Source of the DNA: a virus
Taxonomy: Duplodnaviria; Heunggongvirae; Uroviricota; Caudoviricetes
Virus record (IMG/VR): IMGVR_UViG_3300032046_004423
Coordinates: 1-31,357 of that record
Direction: 5' to 3' (one strand)
DNA: 31,357 nt
The position numbers and the translations under genes were made by a program. Every line of letters begins with the position of its first letter. Within the stretch, counting starts at the first letter, position 1. The notes beneath the pieces were generated by a model, which made no database searches, was not told where the DNA came from, and saw nothing but the letters and a program-made list of their open reading frames with translations. Below are positions 7,385 to 16,251 of the stretch, in pieces.

Positions 7385-8521
7385 TTATCCAAAGTCTTTT
7401 ATGATACCATAGACTTTCCGCATTCTTGCCTTCTCAAACTTGGTTGACATTGCTCTCATTACGCTAACCTTATCCACCAGGATGTTCTTACCAATCTTTT
7501 TATACTCAGACAGAACATCCTGCCTAAACTGCTGCTCTCCTTTTACAAAGTCTAGGCACTTCTCTATTAAATAGTGGTGTGCTTCTATAATTTCTGGCTT
7601 GAACTCCTCAAGGAGTAGTTCCTTTACGAAATCAACTGTTGGCTCATCTGTATTCTCATAGGAGTTCCAGCAAGTTGCTATTATTGTATTCTTGCCTAGA
7701 CCTCCTGCCCCAGCAGAGAAGTGTATCATCTCTATGGTTTCAGGCTTACATTTTAACTGGATATACCTACCATCGAGAGTTTTAAGATACCATACTGTTC
7801 CTTCTGTCCCTGAATAATAACCTTCCTCCTCCTGCTTGAGTCCCGCTTCCAATGTCTTTTGGAGAGTCTCATAATTCCATACATAGTCCTTGGTTACTAC
7901 ACTAAACTGTTTTACTACTGGAATGGGTTCAACTGTTCCTAAAACAGTAGGGGGAAGTACATTACCAGCATTAGTTACCCCAAATAGTAAGGCTATGGCT
8001 AGGGGGATATCTTTATACACAACAAGGTGTGGATTTCTTGCCCCATATAACTCAAAAGATAAATTACACTCATTCCTTACCATTATTTTCTTTATGCAAG
8101 CTTGCAAGGGGGGAGTAACAACTTCCAGCCACATATTCTGAAAATCGCCAAATCTGCTACTACTGACAAAAGGTCTCAGTCGTGTTTTGTAAGAGAAGTA
8201 CCTCCAGCCATCCTTATCAATATAGGAGAAAGCTAGAATATTGGTACCATCCAGCTTCTCATAAATTTCTATCTCCTTTGTGGGAGGGAATTTATAATTC
8301 CTAGTTCCATCTGCACGAGAATCAAATGGGTAGTTCATCTTGGGAGTACCCATTATCAACTGTGGTTCAACCTCGTGGTTATTCACCTTTGTAATGAGTA
8401 GAGCACCATAGAACTGGTTTGGTCTCCTTGAAATGTATCCCTCTACTAGGTTGGGGTTAAAAGGGTCGGACTCGCAAAATTCCTGGTAGTCCCTCCCAAA
8501 TAATTCTCGTGGGTCCATCAC
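7385..8521 (-). CDS. ATP-dependent RNA ligase, Rnl2-like nucleotidyltransferase, 378 aa
   Basis: Motif I EKLDGTN, motif III SFELYG, motif IV EGTVW, motif V LKCK, followed by a helical C-terminal domain. Confidence 0.82.
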   Translation of the reverse strand: MMDPRELFGRDYQEFCESDPFNPNLVEGYISRRPNQFYGALLITKVNNHEVEPQLIMGTPKMNYPFDSRADGTRNYKFPPTKEIEIYEKLDGTNILAFSYIDKDGWRYFSYKTRLRPFVSSSRFGDFQNMWLEVVTPPLQACIKKIMVRNECNLSFELYGARNPHLVVYKDIPLAIALLFGVTNAGNVLPPTVLGTVEPIPVVKQFSVVTKDYVWNYETLQKTLEAGLKQEEEGYYSGTEGTVWYLKTLDGRYIQLKCKPETIEMIHFSAGAGGLGKNTIIATCWNSYENTDEPTVDFVKELLLEEFKPEIIEAHHYLIEKCLDFVKGEQQFRQDVLSEYKKIGKNILVDKVSVMRAMSTKFEKARMRKVYGIIKDFG

Positions 8522-8778
8522 TTATCCTTCTCTATTTCCTTTACTGGCCTCCAGCCCTTTTGCCACATATCAGCTTCAATTCCTTCCATAGGTAATTCTA
8601 TCTTACCCTTAAAAACACACCTACTGGCTACTATAGGGAGGATTTGGTCAGCAATGTTGTAACAATGTCCTGACTTATGGACAAACTCGTAGCTAGTATA
8701 CCAGCCAGTATCACTACCGGTATCATCCATCCATATCTGCCTAGCTATCTCCTCCCTTAGTTCCTCATACTTACTCAT
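8518..8778 (-). CDS. Hypothetical protein, YEELREEIA...VASRCVF family
   Basis: ORF track 8518..8820; the start is more likely ATG 8778 (MSKYEEL), matching its paralogues. Confidence 0.7.
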   Translation of the reverse strand: MSKYEELREEIARQIWMDDTGSDTGWYTSYEFVHKSGHCYNIADQILPIVASRCVFKGKIELPMEGIEADMWQKGWRPVKEIEKDK

Positions 8779-9085
8779 CTTTGTGCAACCTTGCGGGGAG
8801 ACCACAGGGAAGTTCCCCAAACTCTTTCTCTACTTCCTCTAGAGGTGTAGCTGGGGAAGCATAACAGTAGTGTGTCCCATTATTAGATATATCAGCTATG
8901 AAGGCTGTACCTCCTTCATAAACAGTTACTTCTTCCTCCCAGTGGTGTCCTGTTTTTGACCTATGGAGTTCAACTATTTCCACGGGGCCTTTCAGAATGG
9001 AAGCTCCAGTATGGGCTCCCATACCAGTACTTCTCCCTTGGATAATGAACCTAGATACTATCTTATATTCCATTTTCCTTACCAA
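8771..9085 (-). CDS. Hypothetical protein, about 100 aa
   Basis: ORF track; tight packing. Confidence 0.65.
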   Translation of the reverse strand: MVRKMEYKIVSRFIIQGRSTGMGAHTGASILKGPVEIVELHRSKTGHHWEEEVTVYEGGTAFIADISNNGTHYCYASPATPLEEVEKEFGELPCGLPARLHKDE

Positions 9086-9089
9086 CCAT

Positions 9090-9668
9090 TCATATCTTCA
9101 CCATGGCCCAAGCCATAGGATAACCTATTACTATAGGCATGTAGAACCATGGGATAGCAAGTAGGCTAAAAGGAACCCTATTTACTAGACACCAGTACCA
9201 AAACCAAGTCTGTATTCCCTCAAACTGCTTTCTCATATCTGCCATACTCTCAGCATAATCCATAGAGCCTTTATCATAGGTCTTACTGAGAAATAAAGCC
9301 TTATCCCTAAGCTTTGCTAGGATAGTCTTATCTACTGAGATATCGTTGTTTGAGTTCTTGAATACAAGTGCATAGTGTCCTTCTGCTATTCCTAGCCTAT
9401 CCATCTCACTTAGGGTATTAGAGCAATATTCTGCTAACTGCTCTGCGGTTGAGGCTTGGGGGATACGGTCATACCAACCTTTAGCTGGCAGAATAACTAA
9501 ATAGGAATGGATGCAGATCGTAGTGGAAATAATAAACCAGGGGAGCATAAGAATAAGAATAATATTCCAGAACTTTATAAGGGTATGTCTCTCCCCCCTA
9601 TGGTCAGTAGTCTTTGAGTCGTAGTCATACCACGTGTGCTTGAAGAACGTTTCCTTTTCATCAACCAT
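9090..9668 (-). CDS. Two-TM membrane protein with a helical extracytoplasmic domain, 192 aa
   Basis: AAGGAGG SD; hydrophobic segments at both ends; paralogue of 18316..18807. Confidence 0.75.
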   Translation of the reverse strand: MVDEKETFFKHTWYDYDSKTTDHRGERHTLIKFWNIILILMLPWFIISTTICIHSYLVILPAKGWYDRIPQASTAEQLAEYCSNTLSEMDRLGIAEGHYALVFKNSNNDISVDKTILAKLRDKALFLSKTYDKGSMDYAESMADMRKQFEGIQTWFWYWCLVNRVPFSLLAIPWFYMPIVIGYPMAWAMVKI

Positions 9669-9694
9669 TGTTACCTCCTTAAACTAGTTTTATT

Positions 9695-9838
9695 TTATCT
9701 TCCTTTTTTGCAACCGCAAGAAGGGCACTCGATGCTTACTGGTTTTAACTTACCCTTTTCTACCCCGATGAACCAGATATTTCTACAGTTATCACAGAAC
9801 ATCCTAACAAGGTATTCGCCCGGTTTCTCTTCGGTCAT
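9695..9838 (-). CDS. Zn-ribbon peptide, 47 aa (CDNC...CPSC)
   Basis: Translated by hand; GAGGAGG SD. Confidence 0.7.
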   Translation of the reverse strand: MTEEKPGEYLVRMFCDNCRNIWFIGVEKGKLKPVSIECPSCGCKKGR

Positions 9839-9996
9839 ATTTCCCTCCTCTTAAAATATCTTAGTAGGTGCCACTTTATTACGTGCCACCAGGAACAAAA
9901 GAAGAAGATATATTCAGTCTTCTCTTCGTAAATGCAAATTAACTTTTTACCAACTGGAATCTTATTATGGCAGTAAATACACTTTCTGCTAGTCAT
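9835..9996 (-). CDS. TRASH/YHS-like metal-binding peptide, 53 aa (CIYC...FCSWWH)
   Basis: Translated by hand; ATGA overlaps at both ends. Confidence 0.55.
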   Translation of the reverse strand: MTSRKCIYCHNKIPVGKKLICIYEEKTEYIFFFCSWWHVIKWHLLRYFKRREI

Positions 9997-10295
9997 TCTC
10001 TTGACAGTAATAAATCAGTTTGGGGTTCTAATTCTATGCAGGTAGTGATTAGTCTAGTATCATAGTTAGTTGGAGTACCATCTGGATCAGTCATCCTTAG
10101 AAAGAAAGGTACTTTTGGCCCCATAGTTGGCTTGGACCTAATACCTCCTCCTAGTGGAAATATTCTGATGTTACTAGTATGGGCTATACCCAATACCCCT
10201 TTCGTTCTGTAGGACCTTACGGGGCATACATGTACTACCTGGTTGTGATACCTTAATAGTATAGGGCCTGTCTTAGTTAAATCTATTTCCTTCAA
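9993..10295 (-). CDS. Hypothetical protein, 100 aa
   Basis: ORF track; TTG start uncertain. Confidence 0.55.
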   Translation of the reverse strand: MKEIDLTKTGPILLRYHNQVVHVCPVRSYRTKGVLGIAHTSNIRIFPLGGGIRSKPTMGPKVPFFLRMTDPDGTPTNYDTRLITTCIELEPQTDLLLSRE

Positions 10296-10347
10296 CTGTG
10301 TACCTACTTAATCTTCTAGTTCTTCTGCCTCGACAACCGGATTGTGT

Positions 10348-10692
10348 TCACTTATTCTTCCTTATCCTCTTTACTGATAGCTTTTCCAGCATTGTGTCAG
10401 CACCAGACTCAAAAGTATCTTTTAGAAGAATTTCCATTTCTTTCGCGCTCATCGGTGCTACAGATAAGCCGCCTACTAGGGTATCAGGATTATAAGGACA
10501 TTTCCAATCATCAGACCTCCAACTAACTTTTTGCTTGAACCAGCATCTACTAGCTACTATAGGAAGGACTTCATTAGTTATTTTATCTGCTACTTGATTT
10601 AGCAAGGGAGATTCTAAGGTTGTGTTATCTATCAGAGTAACGACAACCTTTTCTGCTATTGCTTCTCTTAATTTCTTATATTTTTTCTCCAT
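10348..10692 (-). CDS. Hypothetical protein, YKKLREAIA...VASRCWF family, 114 aa
   Basis: ORF track; paralogue of 8518 and 24902. Confidence 0.7.
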   Translation of the reverse strand: MEKKYKKLREAIAEKVVVTLIDNTTLESPLLNQVADKITNEVLPIVASRCWFKQKVSWRSDDWKCPYNPDTLVGGLSVAPMSAKEMEILLKDTFESGADTMLEKLSVKRIRKNK

Positions 10693-11146
10693 CTTTAGCT
10701 CCCTTATATCCGGAAATCATTAACATCCCCATTCCTGCTAACTTTCTCGCTTCTGCATCACTCATTCCAAAAGTTTTGCCAGTAATGACCTTCCATAGTC
10801 CAAGCACTTCTCCTAAAGCAAACAGTTGGATGGCTGCTCCTTGGTCTCCAATAACTCCACCAACTTCTATGTAGGATGGGCCACCTGCTAGTCTATCGGG
10901 TTGTGGATAATCATTCAATATACTAACTAACTCATCCTGATACTGCTCAGCCTTTTGCTTATTTACTCCAACTGTTATGAAGATACAGTCAACCTTTTGA
11001 AGGTCTTTAACTTCATCCTCGTGTGGCATAGTATAGATTTCGGTTACCTTTAGATTACCCTTTTGGTGCTCTACAACCTCATCTCCTTTACGTAACTGGA
11101 CTGTAGTCTCGTCCAAAATCTTATAGAGCCTTTTCATATCTAACAT
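10676..11146 (-). CDS. Conserved phage hypothetical protein (GPSYIEVGGVIGDQG), 156 aa
   Basis: AAGGAGG SD; motif recalled from phage hypothetical proteins. Confidence 0.75.
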   Translation of the reverse strand: MLDMKRLYKILDETTVQLRKGDEVVEHQKGNLKVTEIYTMPHEDEVKDLQKVDCIFITVGVNKQKAEQYQDELVSILNDYPQPDRLAGGPSYIEVGGVIGDQGAAIQLFALGEVLGLWKVITGKTFGMSDAEARKLAGMGMLMISGYKGAKDGEKI

Positions 11147-11158
11147 AGTGCTGCCTCC

Positions 11159-11608
11159 TTACTTATCTGTACTTGTTAACTCCTTTACTGCATCTACGTG
11201 CCAGCATTCTCTTCTAAAAGTGAATCCTGGGCACTCACAGGATAGTTCCCCACTAGGACTTCTTCTGACTGTGTAACTTACATTAGGATTAGACCTGGAG
11301 GGAACATTTGCTACTATTGTGAACTGCTTCTCATACCACGGTTCAAATACCTCTGTAATATAATCTAGTGGGAGATTAGTACCATTATATAGGTTATAAG
11401 CTTTAACAGCTTCCTCTGGTAATACAGTTTTATCCCCACCTACTGCATACAGACCAGAAGCTAACATCCATAAGTTAGCTTTACTCCCTCCTAAGATGAG
11501 TAGGCTACCTTTTGCATCCTTCATACCCATTGATATTTGGGTATCCTCGGATGACTTAGTATCCTGCTCCTTCATAAACTCGGTAAATTTCTCGTAGTCT
11601 GTACTCAC
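11159..11608 (-). CDS. SWIM zinc-finger protein, 149 aa
   Basis: C-terminal SYTVRR...LSCECPGFTFRRECWHV fits the CxC-xn-CxH SWIM signature. Confidence 0.8.
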   Translation of the reverse strand: MSTDYEKFTEFMKEQDTKSSEDTQISMGMKDAKGSLLILGGSKANLWMLASGLYAVGGDKTVLPEEAVKAYNLYNGTNLPLDYITEVFEPWYEKQFTIVANVPSRSNPNVSYTVRRSPSGELSCECPGFTFRRECWHVDAVKELTSTDK

Positions 11609-12174
11609 TTAACTTCTTCAGCCCACTTTAGGTCTAGCTTTTGAGTCCAATAAAAGCCCCGACCGCCTCCTGCATACCTATAAAAGTTACCTTCATCGTC
11701 AATCCAAAGCTGTTCAAGATGGTCTTCCATTACATAACTACCAATACAGTGTGCTGTCTCGGGGAGGCTACAATCTTCACCCGACTTGAAGAAAAACTTC
11801 CAATGAATGTTAGTACCAAAGATTTTCGAATCCCTATCTACCTCCTCTTCTTGACTTAGGGGTAGTTGGAATTCCTTTATTCTTACTCCTTCCCTCCTGG
11901 GGGAGTTAGGCTGGCCTCCTAAAGCTTCTAAGAAGCCTTCTAGTGCCTCCCTTGCCTCAAGCTGCTTCTGCTTTGCTGTTTTTAGTTCTGTGGGGGTTAT
12001 AGCTTCTTCTTCAAAGTACTCAGCTTCTGCCTCTACCATATCTCTCCAGAAGATAGAGGGATCTACTATATACTCACAGTCTCCATTTATAAACTCCTCT
12101 ACTGCTTCCTCTGGACTTTCAGCATCAATTGTAGCTTCTACCTCCCCATCCCTATACCTAACATTATATCTCAT
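11605..12174 (-). CDS. Acidic hypothetical protein, 189 aa
   Basis: AAGGAGG SD; ORF track. Confidence 0.75.
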   Translation of the reverse strand: MRYNVRYRDGEVEATIDAESPEEAVEEFINGDCEYIVDPSIFWRDMVEAEAEYFEEEAITPTELKTAKQKQLEAREALEGFLEALGGQPNSPRREGVRIKEFQLPLSQEEEVDRDSKIFGTNIHWKFFFKSGEDCSLPETAHCIGSYVMEDHLEQLWIDDEGNFYRYAGGGRGFYWTQKLDLKWAEEVK

Positions 12175-12199
12175 AGATTACCTCCTTTTCTATCCCCTT

Positions 12200-12412
12200 C
12201 TATAAAATTAGTTTTATATCTACGTCTGGTGATACTATATTTCCTTTATGGATTTCTACCCTAAAGGTATCGGTAAAAGGTGGTTTCTCAAATCTTGGAT
12301 AGACATCGATAACAGCTTTGGTTTCTCCATTATCCCCGACTAGTTTAAGGTGGACTGACTTTGGCCTTCCTACCTGTATAGCAGGGAATTCTTCTATCTC
12401 TATTTTAGCCAT
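12200..12412 (-). CDS. Hypothetical protein, PAIQVGRP family copy A, 70 aa
   Basis: AGGAGG SD; close paralogue at 19233..19444. Confidence 0.75.
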   Translation of the reverse strand: MAKIEIEEFPAIQVGRPKSVHLKLVGDNGETKAVIDVYPRFEKPPFTDTFRVEIHKGNIVSPDVDIKLIL

Positions 12413-12431
12413 TTGTTACCTCCTATTATTT

Positions 12432-12542
12432 CCTCAACATCTAAATACTGGGTAGATAAGGAAGGAGAGAACATTTGGAGATGCAGTGAGACATGACTTT
12501 TGTTGTTACTACTTGTATCTACCCAGTGTTTAGTTGTTGAAG
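12432..12542 (-). repeat. Long intergenic inverted repeat (stem about 27 bp, loop 57 nt)
   Basis: CAACATCTAAATACTGGGTAGATA (12435-12458) versus TATCTACCCAGTGTTTAGTTGTTG (12516-12539): 22/24 complementary, extendable by 3 bp. Confidence 0.85.
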
Positions 12543-12554
12543 TCCTCCTTCGAC

Positions 12555-12998
12555 TCATATTTTTTCCTTAGAAATCAATACATAGACTTCTAGTTTATGG
12601 TCATCAACCCTCCGGTAAAGATATAATTTATTCTCCTTCTTAATAGGATAAAATTCTCCAAGCTTCATATTCTTGAAGTCAATCGTAATTGTGCCGTCTT
12701 CAACTTTAATTGCCTCTTTCTCGACTAGATCTATTCTACCTACTGGTACTGGTTCGTAACCGCTATCAAGCCATTCCTGGGTAGGTTTCCTAAGTTCTTT
12801 TAGTGGTTCTGGGTCATAACCATAGTCCTCACGCAGCTTGTTAATCTCATCTAAACTCATAAGGTTGGAGACTGTACTATAGTGGAAGCCACAATCTAGA
12901 CAAATTCCTGAGACTAAATCGTATGGTTTATAGTTTGAGTAGCAATGCATAAGTCCCCCACATCTGGGGCAACCGTCTGGATGACTTTCTCCACTCAT
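12555..12998 (-). CDS. Zn-ribbon protein (CPRC...CLDC), 147 aa
   Basis: AAGGAGG SD; ORF track. Confidence 0.75.
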   Translation of the reverse strand: MSGESHPDGCPRCGGLMHCYSNYKPYDLVSGICLDCGFHYSTVSNLMSLDEINKLREDYGYDPEPLKELRKPTQEWLDSGYEPVPVGRIDLVEKEAIKVEDGTITIDFKNMKLGEFYPIKKENKLYLYRRVDDHKLEVYVLISKEKI

Positions 12999-13021
12999 AT
13001 TTACCTCCTTTTACTAAGAAT

Positions 13022-13483
13022 CTATACCTGACCAAAAAGTCGGTTGATATCTACACCAAAGTTTGAGTAGGTTGGGTCTCCTAAAGTATCTAGGACTTCC
13101 TTAGCATACCTCTCCTTTGCGTAGTCAGCTAACTCAGCCCAGAGGTAAAAGTCTTCAACTTCTTTTGCTTTAAGGATACCAACTATCATTATCTTTATCT
13201 GCTTCTTTATCCAGTTCTCATCCCCAATGGGATACTTATCTGAGTCAAAGTGACCTGTATCGAAGCCATAGACTATACCTCTCTTATAAGGCTTAGCATA
13301 GGTAATACCCCCGTGAACAGGAACATAGGTGAGGATACCCCTATACCCCTTCTCTTTTACAGGCCTTCTTGGAAATACTACATACCCATTAAACCCATAC
13401 GAGCAAGGGCAAGGTACTATCCAGTACTCATAGCCTTCCATTTTGCCTATTTCCCGTGCTAAACTTTTAAGATGTTCTGACAT
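13022..13483 (-). CDS. Conserved phage hypothetical protein (VHGGITY...GFDTGH), 153 aa
   Basis: Motif typical of a widespread phage family (recalled); no SD directly before the ATG. Confidence 0.75.
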   Translation of the reverse strand: MSEHLKSLAREIGKMEGYEYWIVPCPCSYGFNGYVVFPRRPVKEKGYRGILTYVPVHGGITYAKPYKRGIVYGFDTGHFDSDKYPIGDENWIKKQIKIMIVGILKAKEVEDFYLWAELADYAKERYAKEVLDTLGDPTYSNFGVDINRLFGQV

Positions 13484-13578
13484 ATGACGGAGCAGCCTGC
13501 CTAGTTTTAATCCTATCCCTTACTCAAAAGGGACAAGTGGATTGGTTGGGCATAAAGGGTTACGACCTCACCTTATTA

Positions 13579-13612
13579 TGACTGTCAAGCTACACTTCAT
13601 ACATTGTTTTAT
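13579..13612 (-). promoter_or_regulatory. Second copy of the 34-bp promoter/operator module; -35 present, no canonical -10
   Basis: ATAAAACAATGTATGAAGTGTAGCTTGACAGTCA aligns without gaps to 1670-1703 and 28691-28724; the hexamer 17 nt after TTGACA is TCGTAA. Confidence 0.6.
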
Positions 13613-13625
13613 AATACCAAATATG

Positions 13626-14126
13626 TCAACTATCTAATTCCTTCAAATAATCTTCATAGGTTTTTCCGGGATGTTCCTTTAACCATTTTGCTGCTTGCCT
13701 GAAATCCTTTACTAGCTTTCTTCTCTTTAAGTGAGCATCTTGACCCTTTTTAGAGAAGTAGTACTTTTGTACTGAAAGCTTGAACTTCTCAGTCTGCTGG
13801 TATTTTTTTATTGTAGCTTGTCCTTTTTCTTTCTCCTCATACCTTCTCTGAGCTTCTTTCCTTTTAGGGGTCTTACTCCATCTTCTTCTAGCAGCATCTA
13901 GCTTATCTGCAGCTATTACTGAATCGACTATATGCTTGCCTTCTGAAGTCTTCAACTGGGAAGCATCCTCGAGAGATATGACTATCTTCCAGTCTAAGCA
14001 GAGTATACCCTCCTCGGTTTTTTTAAAGCCTAGTAGGGGTTTCCATTCTTTATTATCATCATCTCCTGGGCATCCTTTACAAACTTCTCGGTATGGGCAC
14101 TCAATCAGTTCTTCTCGCAAGTCCAA
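13626..14126 (-). CDS. Basic protein with a Cys-rich N-terminus and 13-aa helical repeats, 166 aa
   Basis: CPYREVCKGC, then four [RK]-[RK]-[YW]-x4-K-G/F repeats. Confidence 0.7.
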   Translation of the reverse strand: MDLREELIECPYREVCKGCPGDDDNKEWKPLLGFKKTEEGILCLDWKIVISLEDASQLKTSEGKHIVDSVIAADKLDAARRRWSKTPKRKEAQRRYEEKEKGQATIKKYQQTEKFKLSVQKYYFSKKGQDAHLKRRKLVKDFRQAAKWLKEHPGKTYEDYLKELDS

Positions 14127-14352
14127 TCTCCTTTCTTAGGGACTCGAGTACCTCCTCAGTAGTTTCTAGTGCATCTGGTGCAGTAACTAGCTTGGCTTTT
14201 GCATGGTCGGCTATACTAGTAAGCCAAGCTTCAATATCATACTTCTGCTTGAAAAGTTCTGAAGCCTTGTATCTGGCCCCTTGGTTATCATCTGCATTAA
14301 CTACGAAGAGGTCATCACCTATCCTAACTCTATACTCATCCATAACTGTCAC
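14101..14352 (-). CDS. Hypothetical protein, 83 aa
   Basis: ORF track; beta-hairpin/helix motif shared with 28196 and 29127. Confidence 0.65.
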   Translation of the reverse strand: MTVMDEYRVRIGDDLFVVNADDNQGARYKASELFKQKYDIEAWLTSIADHAKAKLVTAPDALETTEEVLESLRKEIGLARRTD

Positions 14353-14370
14353 TTCCTAGCTCCTATCTTC

Positions 14371-14655
14371 TCATTCATTGTTCTCACTTACAACTGGTAC
14401 AATAGACCATATAAGATCAGTACCAACTTTCTTATTAGTCTTGCCTAGATAGATATCACCACCTACAGTAAGGCTAATAAGTTCCGGTAATTTTGTTAAG
14501 GTTATAACTATCTTACTACTACTAAAGAAAGAGCCTACCCATTCTATTTGGTTATGGTTAGAAGACTCACAAGAACCTACTTGAACTGCATGAGCCTCAC
14601 CTTCCCAAATTTTACCTTCACCTTCTCCTAATATCCGTATTAGATAGGTCTGCAT
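14371..14655 (-). CDS. Hypothetical protein, 94 aa
   Basis: ORF track. Confidence 0.6.
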   Translation of the reverse strand: MQTYLIRILGEGEGKIWEGEAHAVQVGSCESSNHNQIEWVGSFFSSSKIVITLTKLPELISLTVGGDIYLGKTNKKVGTDLIWSIVPVVSENNE

Positions 14656-14739
14656 CTTTCCTTACTTCCCATCTCTTCTCGGTTTCCCAATCCTCAGCTT
14701 CGTGCTTTGGTTGGCATTTAACACAAACTAGTCTATAGT

Positions 14740-15198
14740 TTACTTGCTACCTCCAGGCTCGAATTCTTCGTGCCAGTGTTTTTTACTTTCAAGAAGGGCC
14801 TCAATATTATCGGGGTCTATTCCGTCATTTATGATAGCATACCTCACGAAGTAAGGAAGAGCATTTTCTTCAAACATTGCTCCATCAATGAACTCGTACA
14901 CCTCCCTGTCGTCTTCGGGCTGAAGTATACCACCGAATACATCGGCGATATTCCTAAACATTTGGATTGTTTCAGGTCTACTCCGAGCTATTAGCTCTAT
15001 TGCTGGTCCGATAGGTGTACTACCATCACAGAGCATAATGATATGCCTACCTTCAAACTCCAAAGTATACGTACCAATGACGTTGATACCGCCGTAGGAC
15101 TTAGTCTCTACCTCTATACCTTGTGTGCGTTCCAGTACCTTAACAATCTCGCTGGGCTGCCACCTATGGCTTAAAAATAATTTCGTATCAACTCCCAT
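14740..15198 (-). CDS. Hypothetical protein, 152 aa
   Basis: AAGGAGG SD; ORF track. Confidence 0.75.
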   Translation of the reverse strand: MGVDTKLFLSHRWQPSEIVKVLERTQGIEVETKSYGGINVIGTYTLEFEGRHIIMLCDGSTPIGPAIELIARSRPETIQMFRNIADVFGGILQPEDDREVYEFIDGAMFEENALPYFVRYAIINDGIDPDNIEALLESKKHWHEEFEPGGSK

Positions 15199-15199
15199 T

Positions 15200-15430
15200 T
15201 CAATCTACCTCCTTCCCAGTAGCACACTTCCAGTGTACTTCAACTGCAACAGCATTATAGGACTCCCCTAGCTTGCACTTTTCTTGTTCTTCTTTATCAT
15301 CACCGGGGCCTAGAGCTATAAGGGTAGTATAGTCACCTTCCTTAAAGAGTTTCCCACAGGCTGAGCAGCTTACTCCTATTGATGCGTCATTCTCTTTCTT
15401 TGGTCCGATTGGCCTAAGATTACCTACCAT
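15200..15430 (-). CDS. Zn-binding protein (CSAC...HWKC), 76 aa
   Basis: AGGAGG SD; CxxC...HxxC motif. Confidence 0.7.
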   Translation of the reverse strand: MVGNLRPIGPKKENDASIGVSCSACGKLFKEGDYTTLIALGPGDDKEEQEKCKLGESYNAVAVEVHWKCATGKEVD

Positions 15431-15439
15431 TTTACCCTC

Positions 15440-15806
15440 CTACAACTTTAGTCTAGATATATTAGCGTTAATCCAGAAACCATGCTCCGTAATTGTCTGA
15501 TTATCCTGATAGGTTCCCTTCCATATCCAACAGACTGAGGAGTACACAGGATTATCACCATGCCATAGCTCACGATATTTTTCATCAGGGTTATCCCAAT
15601 GAACCGGAACTACCCCCAACATACCACCCTCAATGGCAACTACTCTTACAGGTTTGAATCCCTCTACCTGTTCCCTTAAATAGTATGGAGTGTAGAGCAC
15701 TGCACATTGCACTGCCATCCTGCGGGGTTACAATGTCACCTACCCTAAGCTCCCTTTCTATTCTACCTGAACCTCCACAGGCCTCGCACCTTGATTTTAC
15801 TATCAT
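15440..15806 (-). pseudogene. CxxCxGxG plus SH3-like gene with an apparent +1 frameshift near 15724-15727
   Basis: ATG 15806 has an AAGGAGG SD (MIVKSRCEACGGSGRIERELRVGDIVT); the ORF-track frame 15440..15718 has no SD and continues an SH3-like sequence; removing one base in this stretch (e.g. from the C4 run) joins them. Confidence 0.55.
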
Positions 15807-15851
15807 TTACTACCTCCTTTTATTTAGATTCCTTGTATTCCTGAACTTAAC

Positions 15852-15983
15852 TTACTTCTCTATAAATTCGTAATCTATTCCTATTCCTATAATTAGTAGC
15901 GATGAAAGGAGCAGAAGCCAAGAGGAAAATACAATAGAAGCAGTAATTACAGCAATAGCTATGAGAATAATTATAACAAACAA
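15852..15983 (-). CDS. Hydrophobic membrane peptide, 43 aa
   Basis: Translated by hand; AAGGAGG SD and TTG start; MFVIIILIAIAVITASIVFSSWLLLLSSLLIIGIGIDYEFIEK. Confidence 0.6.
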   Translation of the reverse strand: MFVIIILIAIAVITASIVFSSWLLLLSSLLIIGIGIDYEFIEK

Positions 15984-15999
15984 TATACTTCCCTCCTTT

Positions 16000-16251
16000 T
16001 CATAGTCCTGCCTTGGACTCTCTTACTGCACGTGAGAGCTGTTTTAGTTCTATTGTAGCTCTAGCTACTACTAAGTTTCTCAAGCTTTTATCTTGAGGCT
16101 TACCTATTCCCTTATTACTACAGAACTGTATAAATCTAGTCTGTAGCTCTCTTCCAGAAGACTTACCATCTCGTATTGCTTCGAGAGTTTGGATTAGCCA
16201 TTCGTTAGTCAGTAACTTGACCCTTTCCTTCCTTTCCTCTTTTGTTCTCAT
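16000..16251 (-). CDS. Basic hypothetical protein, 83 aa
   Basis: ORF track. Confidence 0.65.
   Translation of the reverse strand: MRTKEERKERVKLLTNEWLIQTLEAIRDGKSSGRELQTRFIQFCSNKGIGKPQDKSLRNLVVARATIELKQLSRAVRESKAGL

Noticed and set aside
14620-14743. Start-less frame NYRLVCVKC... after a GGAGG SD (GTA where GTG might be expected)
   Set aside because: Requires assuming a mutated start codon; no homology support
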